Positions 29,205 through 38,517 of a stretch of 64,000 nucleotides of DNA are shown piece after piece. The translations under genes and the position numbers were made by a program. The notes below the pieces were generated by a model. That model was not told where the DNA came from. It did no database searches and saw only the letters and a list, made by a program, of their open reading frames with translations. The stretch spans positions 42,198 through 106,197 of the forward strand of contig JAPLLW010000007.1 in NCBI GenBank assembly GCA_026387355.1. The letters run 5' to 3'. Numbering within the stretch: position 1 is the stretch's first letter; each line of letters starts with the position of its first letter. This DNA is from Candidatus Omnitrophota bacterium (GTDB lineage Bacteria; Omnitrophota; Gorgyraeia; Gygaellales; Profunditerraquicolaceae).

Positions 29205-29425
29205 GCTATAGTCCTGACTTGGCTGTGGTTGAGCGGGGCGTCCGAGGATGCCGAGCGGGCACGGTTCGCCTTCTACAAGCGAAGCCAGCGAGAGCGAGGC
29301 ACCGCAGGTCGAGTGCAGTTGCGGCACGCTGGGCCGCAACAAACGTACCCGCGAAAACACAGGCAAGGCAGGACCTACTCGAAAATAATAAGGGCGAGAG
29401 TATTGAATACCCTCGCCCTTATATT
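29205..29425 (+). ncRNA. Candidate structured RNA (E2) ending at the groEL bidirectional terminator
   Basis: Noncoding and visibly GC-rich (the six-frame ORFs here are Arg/Ala-rich noise). Long-range helix 29211-29230 pairs with 29355-29374 (17 of 20 positions). Internal 8-bp hairpin GTTGCGGC[ACGCTGG]GCCGCAAC at 29318-29340. 3' end at the terminator hairpin. Confidence 0.4.
29391..29422. terminator. Bidirectional rho-independent terminator (groEL, minus strand; E2 RNA, plus strand)
   Basis: GGGCGAG…CTCGCCC stem. U-tract on the minus strand (TTATTATTTTCG) just 3' of the groEL stop, and on the plus strand (TTATATTGTT). Confidence 0.8.
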
Positions 29426-29448
29426 GTTAAATATTTGATTCTATGGGT

Positions 29449-31104
29449 TTAGTACATTCCTCCGCCCATACCGCCCATTCCACCCATTCCTCCTGGTGGC
29501 ATTCCGCCGGGCATCTTATCATCTTTTTCAGGCTTATCAGCAATCAAGGCCTCGGTAGTTAAAAGCAATGATGCTATACTCGCAGCATTTTGTAACGCTG
29601 AACGCGTAACTTTCTTTGGATCGATTACGCCTGCCTCGATCATATCCACATAATCATCCTGAGAAACATCATAACCTATGTTTATTTTTTCTTGTTTTAC
29701 TCTTTGAACGACAACTGAGCCTTCCAGTCCTGCATTTTGAACAATCTGTCTGATTGGCTCTTCCAATGCACGTTTGACTATATCAACTCCGATCTTTTCA
29801 TCCCCTTCTAACTTTAATTTGTCTAATGCAGGGATGCAGCGGATTAAAGCCACGCCACCGCCAGGGATAATCCCCTCTTCGACTGCTGCACGGGTAGCAT
29901 GTAAGGCATCTTCTACGCGAGCTTTTTTCTCTTTCATTTCGCTCTCTGTAGCAGCGCCAACATTAATTACTGCAACTCCGCCTGCAAGTTTCGCTAGACG
30001 TTCCTGCAGTTTCTCTTTGTCGTAATCGGAATCAGTATCATCGATCTGTTTTTTAATTTGGGCAATACGTGCATTAACCTGTGCTTGTTTTCCCGCACCT
30101 TCAACGATAGTTGTATTTTCTTTATCGATTTTTACTTTCTTAGCGCGGCCAAGATCATCTAGGTCAACATTCTCTAGCTTTATGCCTAAATCTTCAGTTA
30201 GAGCTTTTCCGCCTGTTAAGATTGCGATATCTTCAAGCATTGCTTTGCGTCTATCGCCGTATCCGGGTGCTTTTACTGCGCAGGAAACAAACGTCCCTTT
30301 AAGCTTGTTTACAACTAAAGTTGCCAATGCTTCGCCGTCAACCTCTTCAGCAAGAATCAAAAGCGGTTTTCCTGTGCGGGCAATTTTTTCTAACAAAGGA
30401 AGCAGGTCTTTTAAAGATGAGATCTTTTTCTCATGGATTAAGATATAAGCATCCTCTAAGACGCATTCCATTCTTTCAGCATCTGTAACAAAATAAGGCG
30501 ATAGATAACCTTGATCAAACTGCATACCTTCTACTAATTCTAAGGTGGTAGCAGTTGTTTTAGCTTCCTCTACGGTAATTACGCCGTCTTTGCCAACCTT
30601 TTCCATTGCTTCAGCGATTAAGTCCCCAATGGCAGTATCGCCATTAGCAGCAATAGAAGCAACTTGGGCTACTTCTTTTTTTTCTTTTACGTTGATTGGT
30701 TTGGTTAATTTAGCTAATTCTTCTACGGTTCTTTCTACCGCTTTCTCAATTCCGCGCTTTAAGGCCATGGGATTTGCTCCGGCAGTAACATTCTTTAAGC
30801 CTTCGCGATAGATTGCTTCGGCTAAGACTGTGGCTGTAGTGGTGCCATCACCTGCGATATCGGATGTTTTCTCGGCAACTTCTTTAACCATCTGAGCGCC
30901 CATATTCTCATATGGACATTCCAAATCGATTTCTTTGGCCACCGTTACTCCGTCTTTGGTGATAGTAGGCGAACCGAATTTCTTATCAATTACTACATTG
31001 CGTCCTTTTGGGCCGAGTGTTACTTTAACTGCGCGAGCTAATTGCTCTACGCCACTGAGTAATTTTCTACGCGCTTCATCTTGGTACAATAACTGCTTAC
31101 TCAT
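29449..31104 (-). CDS. groL: Chaperonin GroEL
   Basis: Full-length. C-terminal GGM repeat tail ([15 protein letters not shown]). Confidence 0.97.
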   Translation of the reverse strand: MSKQLLYQDEARRKLLSGVEQLARAVKVTLGPKGRNVVIDKKFGSPTITKDGVTVAKEIDLECPYENMGAQMVKEVAEKTSDIAGDGTTTATVLAEAIYREGLKNVTAGANPMALKRGIEKAVERTVEELAKLTKPINVKEKKEVAQVASIAANGDTAIGDLIAEAMEKVGKDGVITVEEAKTTATTLELVEGMQFDQGYLSPYFVTDAERMECVLEDAYILIHEKKISSLKDLLPLLEKIARTGKPLLILAEEVDGEALATLVVNKLKGTFVSCAVKAPGYGDRRKAMLEDIAILTGGKALTEDLGIKLENVDLDDLGRAKKVKIDKENTTIVEGAGKQAQVNARIAQIKKQIDDTDSDYDKEKLQERLAKLAGGVAVINVGAATESEMKEKKARVEDALHATRAAVEEGIIPGGGVALIRCIPALDKLKLEGDEKIGVDIVKRALEEPIRQIVQNAGLEGSVVVQRVKQEKINIGYDVSQDDYVDMIEAGVIDPKKVTRSALQNAASIASLLLTTEALIADKPEKDDKMPGGMPPGGMGGMGGMGGGMY

Positions 31105-31143
31105 ACTTCCTCCTTTTGAAATACTTAGTTAATCGTTAGCGAA

Positions 31144-31443
31144 TTATTTGATAATTCCTAAAATATCCTCTTCGCGCATAATTATAAGCTCTTCTCCATC
31201 TTTGGTCGTGATTTCGTTACCGGAATATTTTCCGTACAGTACTTTATCGCCTACCTTAACTTCAGGGGCCTGGACTGTGCCGTTTTCTAGAACCTTACCT
31301 TTGCCGACCGCTACAACTTTGCCCTCTTGGGGCTTTTCTTTGGCTGTATCAGGAATTACAATGCCGCCTTTTGTTTTTGTTTCTGCCTCTAAAGGCTTTA
31401 CTACAACTCGATCTCCCAATGGTTTTATATCCATCTTCTCCAC
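31144..31443 (-). CDS. groS: Co-chaperonin GroES
   Basis: 99 aa. [11 protein letters not shown]…GKVVAVG. Confidence 0.95.
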   Translation of the reverse strand: MEKMDIKPLGDRVVVKPLEAETKTKGGIVIPDTAKEKPQEGKVVAVGKGKVLENGTVQAPEVKVGDKVLYGKYSGNEITTKDGEELIIMREEDILGIIK

Positions 31444-31462
31444 CTCCCTTAATTTGGTTAAT

Positions 31463-31489
31463 TTAGCACTTTCTTTCTAAGAGTGCTAA
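31463..31489. promoter_or_regulatory. CIRCE operator (HrcA binding site) for groES-groEL
   Basis: TTAGCACTt-N9-GAGTGCTAA. One mismatch to the consensus TTAGCACTC-N9-GAGTGCTAA. Sits immediately downstream of the promoter -10. Confidence 0.85.
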
Positions 31490-31516
31490 TTATAATTTAA
31501 AAAATTTTCTTGTCAA
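31489..31516 (-). promoter_or_regulatory. sigma70 promoter of groES-groEL
   Basis: Minus strand TTGACA, 16 nt, TATAAT (consensus hexamers). The -10 abuts CIRCE. Confidence 0.7.
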
Positions 31517-32253
31517 GTATTTTTTATATAAATTAAATACAGGCCTTTTAAAGTTAAATTAATATCTTTAGCGTTTATGCTTGTGCAGTATTTAGAGATC
31601 AAGTCGATATTGCCTCCTGTGCCAACTACTAAAGTATTCCTGCCCGTCTCTTTTTTAATGCGCATTATCAAATCATCGGTGAGGCAGCCAAAGCCATAAA
31701 CTATCCCACTAAGCATACTAGTTTTTGTATCCTTACCGATAAATTCCTTTGGCGCCTTGAGTATTATTCTAGGGAGCAAGGCAGTGCGTTTATTTAAAGC
31801 CTCTAGGGATATGCGTAAACCAGGTAAGATCATTCCTCCCAGGTATGCTTTATCCTTTGATATAATATCAAATGTAACTGCAGTTCCAAAGTCAACGACA
31901 ATTAAGGGAGAGCCATATAGAGTGACTCCGGCAAAGGCATTAACTAGGCGGTCTTGACCTACCTGTTTTGGATTACGATAAAGATTTTTTATCGGCACTA
32001 TTAAATTCTTACCTATTATAAATACTCTACCAGGTAGGATTTTCTTTAAATCGCCAAGCAAAACCGCAGTTTTCTTAGGGACAACGCTGCAAATTACGGC
32101 ATCAAGCGGTTTTAATTTAGCTAATTTATTTTTAAGCTTGTTTAAAGCGTAAGTCTGGGTGGGTATATCAAACTTGCGTTCAATATGCTTACCCTTAAAT
32201 ATACCAAAGGTAATATTAGTATTTCCTATATCAATGGCTAGTAGCATCTTCAT
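31513..32253 (-). CDS. coaX: Type III pantothenate kinase
   Basis: LLAIDIGNTNITFGIF N-terminus. ASKHA fold. About 246 aa. Confidence 0.85.
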   Translation of the reverse strand: MKMLLAIDIGNTNITFGIFKGKHIERKFDIPTQTYALNKLKNKLAKLKPLDAVICSVVPKKTAVLLGDLKKILPGRVFIIGKNLIVPIKNLYRNPKQVGQDRLVNAFAGVTLYGSPLIVVDFGTAVTFDIISKDKAYLGGMILPGLRISLEALNKRTALLPRIILKAPKEFIGKDTKTSMLSGIVYGFGCLTDDLIMRIKKETGRNTLVVGTGGNIDLISKYCTSINAKDINLTLKGLYLIYIKNT

Positions 32254-34226
32254 TTACTCATTTTTAATAATTTAAACTCTTTTAGTTTATCTCTTATTAA
32301 TGCAGCTTTCTCAAATTGCAGGTTTCGCGCAGCTAACTCCATCTCATATTCTAACTCAGAAATATACTTACGCAACTGATAAGTATCTAGGGCTTCCCCT
32401 GTAAGGTTAGCTACGAATTCCTCGGCCTGCTCCAGGCCTTCGATCCCCTCTTTAATTGATTTTATAATTGTGCGCGGGGTGATATTATTTTTAGCGTTAA
32501 ATTCTAACTGTATTTTTCTTCGGCGCATACTTTCGTTAATTGCCTTTTTCATTGATTTTGTAACTGTGTCGGCGTACATAATTACCCGTCCATTAATATT
32601 ACGTGCGGCTCTTCCGGAAACTTGAATAAGGCTGGTGCTTGAGCGTAGGAATCCTTCTTTATCAGCGTCTAGGATTGCAACTAAAGATACTTCCGGTAGA
32701 TCTAGGCCTTCCCTGAGGAGGTTGATTCCTACTAGGCAATCAAATTCACGTTTTCTTAAGTCTCTTAGGATCTTAGAGCGTTCTATGGTTTCAATCTCTG
32801 AGTGTAAATATTTTACCTTAAGCCCTTTCTCTTGCAGGTAAGTGGTTAGATCTTCAGAGATGCGCTTAGTAAGTGTTGTAACTAAAACACGCTCGCCTAA
32901 TTTTGCGCGTAGTTTTATCTCTCGGATTAAATCTCCAATTTGATCTTTGGTTGGTTTAATAACAATCTCTGGGTCAATTAATCCTGTAGGCCGGATAACT
33001 TGCTCGATTACAATATTTTTGCTTTTATTAATCTCGTAATCATTAGGTGTGGCTGAAACAAAGATAGTATTTTTCACTAATTTATTAAATTCATCGAACT
33101 TTAATGGCCGGTTATCCAGGCAACTTGGCAGGCGGAACCCGTAATCTACAAGCACTTCTTTTCTGGCGCGGTCACCGCTATACATCCCGTTTATCTGAGG
33201 TATGGTTACATGCGATTCATCAATTATGGTAAGAAAACCGTCTGGGAAATAATCAATTAGTGAGTAGGGCCTGCTCCCAGTGGGCCTGCCGGAGAGATGA
33301 CGTGAATAATTTTCTATGCCGTGGCAATAGCCAATCTCTTTTAACATCTCTAGGTCGTATTTAGTACGTGATTCAAGGCGTTGGGCCTCAAGCAGCTTAT
33401 TCTTAGACCTTAAAAAAGTCAAATGAACCTTTAGCTCTTTTTTTATAGAGTTTATCGCTGTATCAATTTTATCTTTTGAGATAATAAAATGTTTAGCCGG
33501 ATAGATAGCTATTTTTTCTAATTTACTTAAGATTTCTCCGGAAATAGGATTAAATTCGCTAATCTTTTCGATCGTATCTTCTGACAATTCAATACGCACG
33601 CCTTTTTCTTGATAAGAAGGAAATATTTCTACTACATCCCCTCTTACCCTAATACGCCCGCGTATAAATTCATAATCATTTCTCTCGTATTGTATTTGAA
33701 TTAAGCTGCTAATAAGCTCTTCTCTGGAGAGTTTCTGACCTGTTTTCAGAAAGACAAGTTCTTCTTGATAGCTTTGTGGATCTCCTAAATTATAAATACA
33801 AGATACCGAGGCAACTACTATCACATCCTTTCGACTCATGAGCGAGGTGGTTGTTGAGAGACGTAGCCGGTCTAGCCTATCGTTAATTGAAGAATCCTTT
33901 TCGATATAGGTATCTGTTGAGGGCACATATGCTTCAGGTTGGTAATAGTCGTAATAGCTGACAAAGTATTCAACAGCGTTATGCGGGAAAAAATCTTTAA
34001 ACTCAGAATAGAGTTGAGCAGCAAGTGTTTTATTGTGCGATATAATTAATGTAGGAAGGTTTAATTTGCTAATGAGATTGGCTAAGGTAAAGGTTTTCCC
34101 CGATCCAGTAACTCCGAGTAACGTTAAATAACGCTCTCCCGAAGAGATAGCACGGACAAGCTCTCTTATTGCCTTAGGCTGGTCACCGCAAGGTTTGAAT
34201 TTACTAACAAGATTAAATTTCTGCAT
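32250..34226 (-). CDS. uvrB: Excinuclease ABC subunit B
   Basis: Walker A GVTGSGKTFT, helicase motifs, C-terminal UVR domain. Confidence 0.95.
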   Translation of the reverse strand: MQKFNLVSKFKPCGDQPKAIRELVRAISSGERYLTLLGVTGSGKTFTLANLISKLNLPTLIISHNKTLAAQLYSEFKDFFPHNAVEYFVSYYDYYQPEAYVPSTDTYIEKDSSINDRLDRLRLSTTTSLMSRKDVIVVASVSCIYNLGDPQSYQEELVFLKTGQKLSREELISSLIQIQYERNDYEFIRGRIRVRGDVVEIFPSYQEKGVRIELSEDTIEKISEFNPISGEILSKLEKIAIYPAKHFIISKDKIDTAINSIKKELKVHLTFLRSKNKLLEAQRLESRTKYDLEMLKEIGYCHGIENYSRHLSGRPTGSRPYSLIDYFPDGFLTIIDESHVTIPQINGMYSGDRARKEVLVDYGFRLPSCLDNRPLKFDEFNKLVKNTIFVSATPNDYEINKSKNIVIEQVIRPTGLIDPEIVIKPTKDQIGDLIREIKLRAKLGERVLVTTLTKRISEDLTTYLQEKGLKVKYLHSEIETIERSKILRDLRKREFDCLVGINLLREGLDLPEVSLVAILDADKEGFLRSSTSLIQVSGRAARNINGRVIMYADTVTKSMKKAINESMRRRKIQLEFNAKNNITPRTIIKSIKEGIEGLEQAEEFVANLTGEALDTYQLRKYISELEYEMELAARNLQFEKAALIRDKLKEFKLLKMSK

Positions 34227-34227
34227 T

Positions 34228-35013
34228 TTATTTATAGGAAGAGAGTAATCCGTAGATATACCCTATTTTTGTACGAATTCTAAAGAAAACCGGTAGGCGT
34301 CTTTTATCGACTGTTAAATAAATCTCAGCATCGTTAAATCCGGTAACGCGCATATTCAGGTCAGTGCGAAATATGGCTTTAACCGCATCAAAATTCCCCA
34401 ACTGGCTGATTACTACGCTATGAATATTTTCTAAAGTAACATCTGCATTCCAAATCTTACCGTTGTAGATTACCTTGATAGGATAGTTTTTGCCACTGAC
34501 AATGTCTTTGGCCCTAAATGAATAGATTGCAGATAACAAATCTTGCACGTCTCCGGTCACAACCAACTTCTTTTTCTTTTTCTTTGTAGTTTTCCATTCT
34601 GCTGAGTTACCTTCGGGGCTAAATTGCAGTTCTTCTTCGGTTAAGTTGTTGTCTTTTGTGCGACGCGATTTATAGAACCTGACTGGCCTTAACTCCGCAG
34701 CATCAATATAGCTATGCACTATATATTCAGTGTTGTAGAAGAATTTTATTAAACCACTGGGATTAGCTGTAGCTATAATGTGGTATACTGGACGGTTATT
34801 TATTTGGGTGAGTTCCTTTATTTCTAAGGTAATATTTCCGGAAGAGATATTTAACCATCTTAAAGTGTAAACTAATTTTTCTCCGACACGTAGGGCCTCA
34901 GTGGGTTTTTCTAGGCAGACTGGCAATTTTTCCGAAGCAATATTTCTAATACTTACCTGGTGAGCACAGGAACAAAGGATTATTGATAAAAGTAAAATTG
35001 CTAGTTTTTTCAT
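34228..35013 (-). CDS. Lipoprotein, function unknown
   Basis: Lipobox LCSC. Internal poly-Lys tract (KKKKKK). No recognised domain. Confidence 0.5.
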   Translation of the reverse strand: MKKLAILLLSIILCSCAHQVSIRNIASEKLPVCLEKPTEALRVGEKLVYTLRWLNISSGNITLEIKELTQINNRPVYHIIATANPSGLIKFFYNTEYIVHSYIDAAELRPVRFYKSRRTKDNNLTEEELQFSPEGNSAEWKTTKKKKKKLVVTGDVQDLLSAIYSFRAKDIVSGKNYPIKVIYNGKIWNADVTLENIHSVVISQLGNFDAVKAIFRTDLNMRVTGFNDAEIYLTVDKRRLPVFFRIRTKIGYIYGLLSSYK

Positions 35014-35891
35014 AAAACATCTAAAGACATATCAATTGTTTCAATAGAGTGAGTCAACTCGCCAACTGAGATTATGTCTACGCCTGATGCGGCAATCTTT
35101 CTTACGGAGTCAAAATCAACTCCTCCGCTGGCTTCAAGCATAGTAGGCAGATGATGGCTCTTAAACTCTGTATTATCCCTGATCTTTACTGCCTTTTTGA
35201 TATTTTCAAGGTCCATATTATCAAGCATAATTACATCAGGTTTAAAGTAAAGAGCGTGCTTAAACTCTTCCAGATTTTGAACTTCTATCTCAATCTTAAA
35301 GCCCTTAGGTACGCTTGGTAGTTTTTCATACCCCTCGGTAACTTTGATATGGTTATCTTTAATTAAAATCATCTCGTCTAAGCCCATGCGATGGTTGTGG
35401 CCCCCACCTACTCTAACCGCATATTTCTGTAATTCCCTAAGCCCGGGGAGAGTCTTCCTGGTATCAGTAATTTTAGTTTTGTAGGGCTCGATGTGGTCAA
35501 CATACTCCCGTGTTTTGGTGGCAATCCCAGAGAGCATACTCAATAGATTTAAAGCCACTCTTTCTGCACTTAAGATGCTTGAAGCTAGCCCATAAATGCT
35601 AATTATTACCTTAGGCGCTTTTACTTTCTGGCCTTCTTCAACTCGGGTAATAAAGTTAATATTTTTATCCACTGTTTTAAAAACTTTCTCAGCAACGCCA
35701 AGCCCGCAGAGAATACAGTTCTTTTTCACCACGATGGTAGCTTTAATCTTTTTATCTTTCGGTATAGTTAACAAAGTTGTGATATCGCCACGACCGATAT
35801 CTTCAAGCAGGGCATGTCGAATGATGTGATCAAGCTTATCCGGGTCAAGTTTTGGTTCTGCTTCAGAAAGAAAATATTTACCTAAGGCCAT
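35010..35891 (-). CDS. nadC: Nicotinate-nucleotide pyrophosphorylase (carboxylating)
   Basis: QPRTase motifs (…IMLDNM…). Confidence 0.85.
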   Translation of the reverse strand: MALGKYFLSEAEPKLDPDKLDHIIRHALLEDIGRGDITTLLTIPKDKKIKATIVVKKNCILCGLGVAEKVFKTVDKNINFITRVEEGQKVKAPKVIISIYGLASSILSAERVALNLLSMLSGIATKTREYVDHIEPYKTKITDTRKTLPGLRELQKYAVRVGGGHNHRMGLDEMILIKDNHIKVTEGYEKLPSVPKGFKIEIEVQNLEEFKHALYFKPDVIMLDNMDLENIKKAVKIRDNTEFKSHHLPTMLEASGGVDFDSVRKIAASGVDIISVGELTHSIETIDMSLDVL

Positions 35892-38517
35892 CTTTCACTC
35901 CTTTTAGTTTTTGTACTTCACTTTTAAGGTTTTTTAATTTCTCTATTTCATTTTCTACTATATCTCTGGGAGCTCTTTGCAAGAAATCTTTTTTTGCAAG
36001 CATCCCCTCTTTTGCCTTTATCTCTGACTCAACTTTTTGAATCTTCATTGAAAGTTTTTCTTCATGTTTGGCTATATCAATTACTCCTGTTAGCGGAATT
36101 GAGATATGTAGATCTCTTAGCACATTTACAAATTCACCTTTAGTTTCTTTGAAATCTACAAAGATCTCTAGCTTATTAAGTCTGGCAAGGTTCATTATTT
36201 GTCCTGAGACAGACTCTAACATCGCCTTTTTAGCTTTACTTGTAGTAAAGATTTTAGCTCCTAGATTATTTGCTTGCACAGGAATATCCAGCTCCATGCG
36301 CATATTTCTTATGGTCGTGATAATTTCAAGCGCTTCGCTAAAGGTCTTCTCTGTTTTTTTATCGATTATTTTTTCTTGGATGTGCGGGTAGCTGCTAAGC
36401 ATTATCGAACTTGTTTGAGTGGCGAGCTTCTGCCAGATTTCCTCTGTGATAAAAGGCATAAACGGATGCATTGCCCTTAAAAACTTATCCAGTATCTTGT
36501 ACATCACTAACTGATTGTGGGCATTCTTAATATCATGTTTAATAATTTCCAGGTACCAGTCGCAGAATTCATGCCAGAAGAATGCATATAATGTATTTGC
36601 CGCTTCATTAAACTGATAATTATCCAGGTTTTTTTTAGTTTCTTTAAGTGTTGAGTAAAATCTGCTTAAGATCCAGCGGTTAACCAGGGTTAGTTCTTCT
36701 TTCTTAAGAAACTGGCAAAGATCCGTTTTGATCATGGTGCTATCAAGATTCATTAGGATAAACCTTGAGGCGTTCCAGATTTTGTTCGCAAAGTTTCTTC
36801 CCTGTTCAAAACGCTCTTTAGACAAGAATACATCCTGTCCTTGGGCAGTAATAGAGATAAGACTGAAACGCAAGGCATCTGTTCCGTATTCATTGATAAT
36901 CTCTAAAGGGTCAATAATATTACCCAGCGATTTAGACATCTTTTTGCCCTCTATATCGCGCACAGTTCCATGAATATAAACATCTTTAAAAGGTATATCC
37001 TTTTGAAATTCTAATCCTGCCATAATCATCCGCGCTACCCAGAAGAATATTATCTCTGGTGCCGTGACTAAGGTGGCAGTAGGATAGAAGTACTTCAAGT
37101 CTTTTGATTCGTTGGGCCAGTAAAAAGTCGCAAAAGGCCACAACCAGGAAGAGAACCAGGTATCTAATACATCTTCGTCTTGGCGCAGGTCGTTACTTTT
37201 GCACTTAGGGCAGTTCTGCGGTTTAGCTGCACTAACTATTGTTTCGTTGCATTTATTGCAATAATAGACTGGGATGCGATGTCCCCACCAGATTTGCCGG
37301 GAGATGCACCAATCTCGGATATTCTCCATCCAGTTTAAATAAACCTTGCTCCAGCGTTTGGGGTAGAAGTTTACCTTACCCTTCTTTACTGCATCGATTG
37401 CGCCTTTAGCTAGTGGCTTCATTTTTACAAACCACTGTTTTGACAGATATGGTTCTACAATTGTGTGGCAACGATAACAATGCCCGGCAGATAATTCATG
37501 CGCTTCAACTTTTTCAAGCAGGCCCTGCTTTTTAAGGTCTTCTAGTATTGCCTCTCTAGCCTTAAACCTATCCATGTTTTGGTAATCGCCCGCTAATTCA
37601 TTCATTGAGCCGTCAGCACGCAACACATTTATAAATTCAAGGTTATGTTTCTTTCCTAACGCATAATCATTAGGGTCATGCGCAGGAGTTACTTTAACAG
37701 CTCCAGTTCCGAATTTTGTGTCAACCATATTGTCACCAATAATCGCTATCTCCCTATTTACTAAAGGAAGGTTTAGTTTTTTACCAATTAATAATTTATA
37801 ACGTTTATCTTTAGGATTTACCGCAACCGCTGTATCTCCCAGCATAGTTTCGGGCCGGGTAGTTGCGACAATAACAAATTTATTCGGATTTTCTTTCAGG
37901 GGGTATTTTAAGTAATAAAGATTGCCCTGCAATGAATGGTGCGCAGCCTCTTCATCAGAGAGGGCAGTCTGGCAGCGCGGACACCAGTTAATAATGTAGC
38001 TGCCGCGATAAATCAAGCCTTTATTGTAGAGTCGAACAAAGGCCTCCATTACTGCTTTAGAGTATTCTTCATCCATCGTAAAGCGCAGGCGTGACCAATC
38101 GCATGATGTGCCTAATTTCTTGAGTTGCCGGATTATGGTTGAGCCGTATTCTTCTTTCCAGCTCCAAACTCGCTGAATAAATTTGTCCCGGCCCAAATCC
38201 TGCCGTTTAAGACCGACTTTAGCTAGAGATTTTTCTACAACGTTTTGAGTGGCGATACCGGCATGATCTGTCCCCGGCATCCAAAGCGTATTAAACCCTT
38301 GCATGCGCTGATAGCGGATTAAGATATCCTGAATAGTGTTATTTAATGCGTGGCCCATATGTAGAATTCCGGTTACATTGGGCGGAGGGATAACTATGGT
38401 GTAGGGTTTTTTCTTAGGGTCAGGTTTGGCTAAAAATAAATTAGATTCTTCCCAGAATTTATACCATTTATCTTCGGTATCTTTGGGGTTGTACTGCTTT
38501 GCAATTTCATCTGTCAT
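35878..38517 (-). CDS. valS: Valine--tRNA ligase
   Basis: HMGH and KMSKS motifs. C-terminal coiled coil. 879 aa. Confidence 0.95.
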   Translation of the reverse strand: MTDEIAKQYNPKDTEDKWYKFWEESNLFLAKPDPKKKPYTIVIPPPNVTGILHMGHALNNTIQDILIRYQRMQGFNTLWMPGTDHAGIATQNVVEKSLAKVGLKRQDLGRDKFIQRVWSWKEEYGSTIIRQLKKLGTSCDWSRLRFTMDEEYSKAVMEAFVRLYNKGLIYRGSYIINWCPRCQTALSDEEAAHHSLQGNLYYLKYPLKENPNKFVIVATTRPETMLGDTAVAVNPKDKRYKLLIGKKLNLPLVNREIAIIGDNMVDTKFGTGAVKVTPAHDPNDYALGKKHNLEFINVLRADGSMNELAGDYQNMDRFKAREAILEDLKKQGLLEKVEAHELSAGHCYRCHTIVEPYLSKQWFVKMKPLAKGAIDAVKKGKVNFYPKRWSKVYLNWMENIRDWCISRQIWWGHRIPVYYCNKCNETIVSAAKPQNCPKCKSNDLRQDEDVLDTWFSSWLWPFATFYWPNESKDLKYFYPTATLVTAPEIIFFWVARMIMAGLEFQKDIPFKDVYIHGTVRDIEGKKMSKSLGNIIDPLEIINEYGTDALRFSLISITAQGQDVFLSKERFEQGRNFANKIWNASRFILMNLDSTMIKTDLCQFLKKEELTLVNRWILSRFYSTLKETKKNLDNYQFNEAANTLYAFFWHEFCDWYLEIIKHDIKNAHNQLVMYKILDKFLRAMHPFMPFITEEIWQKLATQTSSIMLSSYPHIQEKIIDKKTEKTFSEALEIITTIRNMRMELDIPVQANNLGAKIFTTSKAKKAMLESVSGQIMNLARLNKLEIFVDFKETKGEFVNVLRDLHISIPLTGVIDIAKHEEKLSMKIQKVESEIKAKEGMLAKKDFLQRAPRDIVENEIEKLKNLKSEVQKLKGVKDGLR

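Noticed and set aside
28521-29392. CRISPR array or terminal inverted repeats of an IS
   Set aside because: Only two copies. They are inverted, ~110 nt long and internally structured. No cas genes or transposase are present, and the ORF between them is a small membrane protein.
29100-29425. E2 as a known housekeeping RNA (RNase P, tmRNA, SRP/4.5S, 6S)
   Set aside because: No GGAAAGTCCGGGC/ACAGAA P4 motifs (RNase P). No tRNA-like GGTTCGA end or tag ORF ending GCN-GCN-TAA (tmRNA). No GGAAGGAAGCAGC domain IV motif (SRP). 6S cannot be excluded by eye but has no supporting primary motifs.
29157-29452. Three overlapping ORFs (69-77 aa) on both strands in the GC-rich island
   Set aside because: Arg/Ala/Gly-rich translations typical of GC-rich noncoding sequence. 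They overlap each other and a terminator. The region is better explained as structured RNA.
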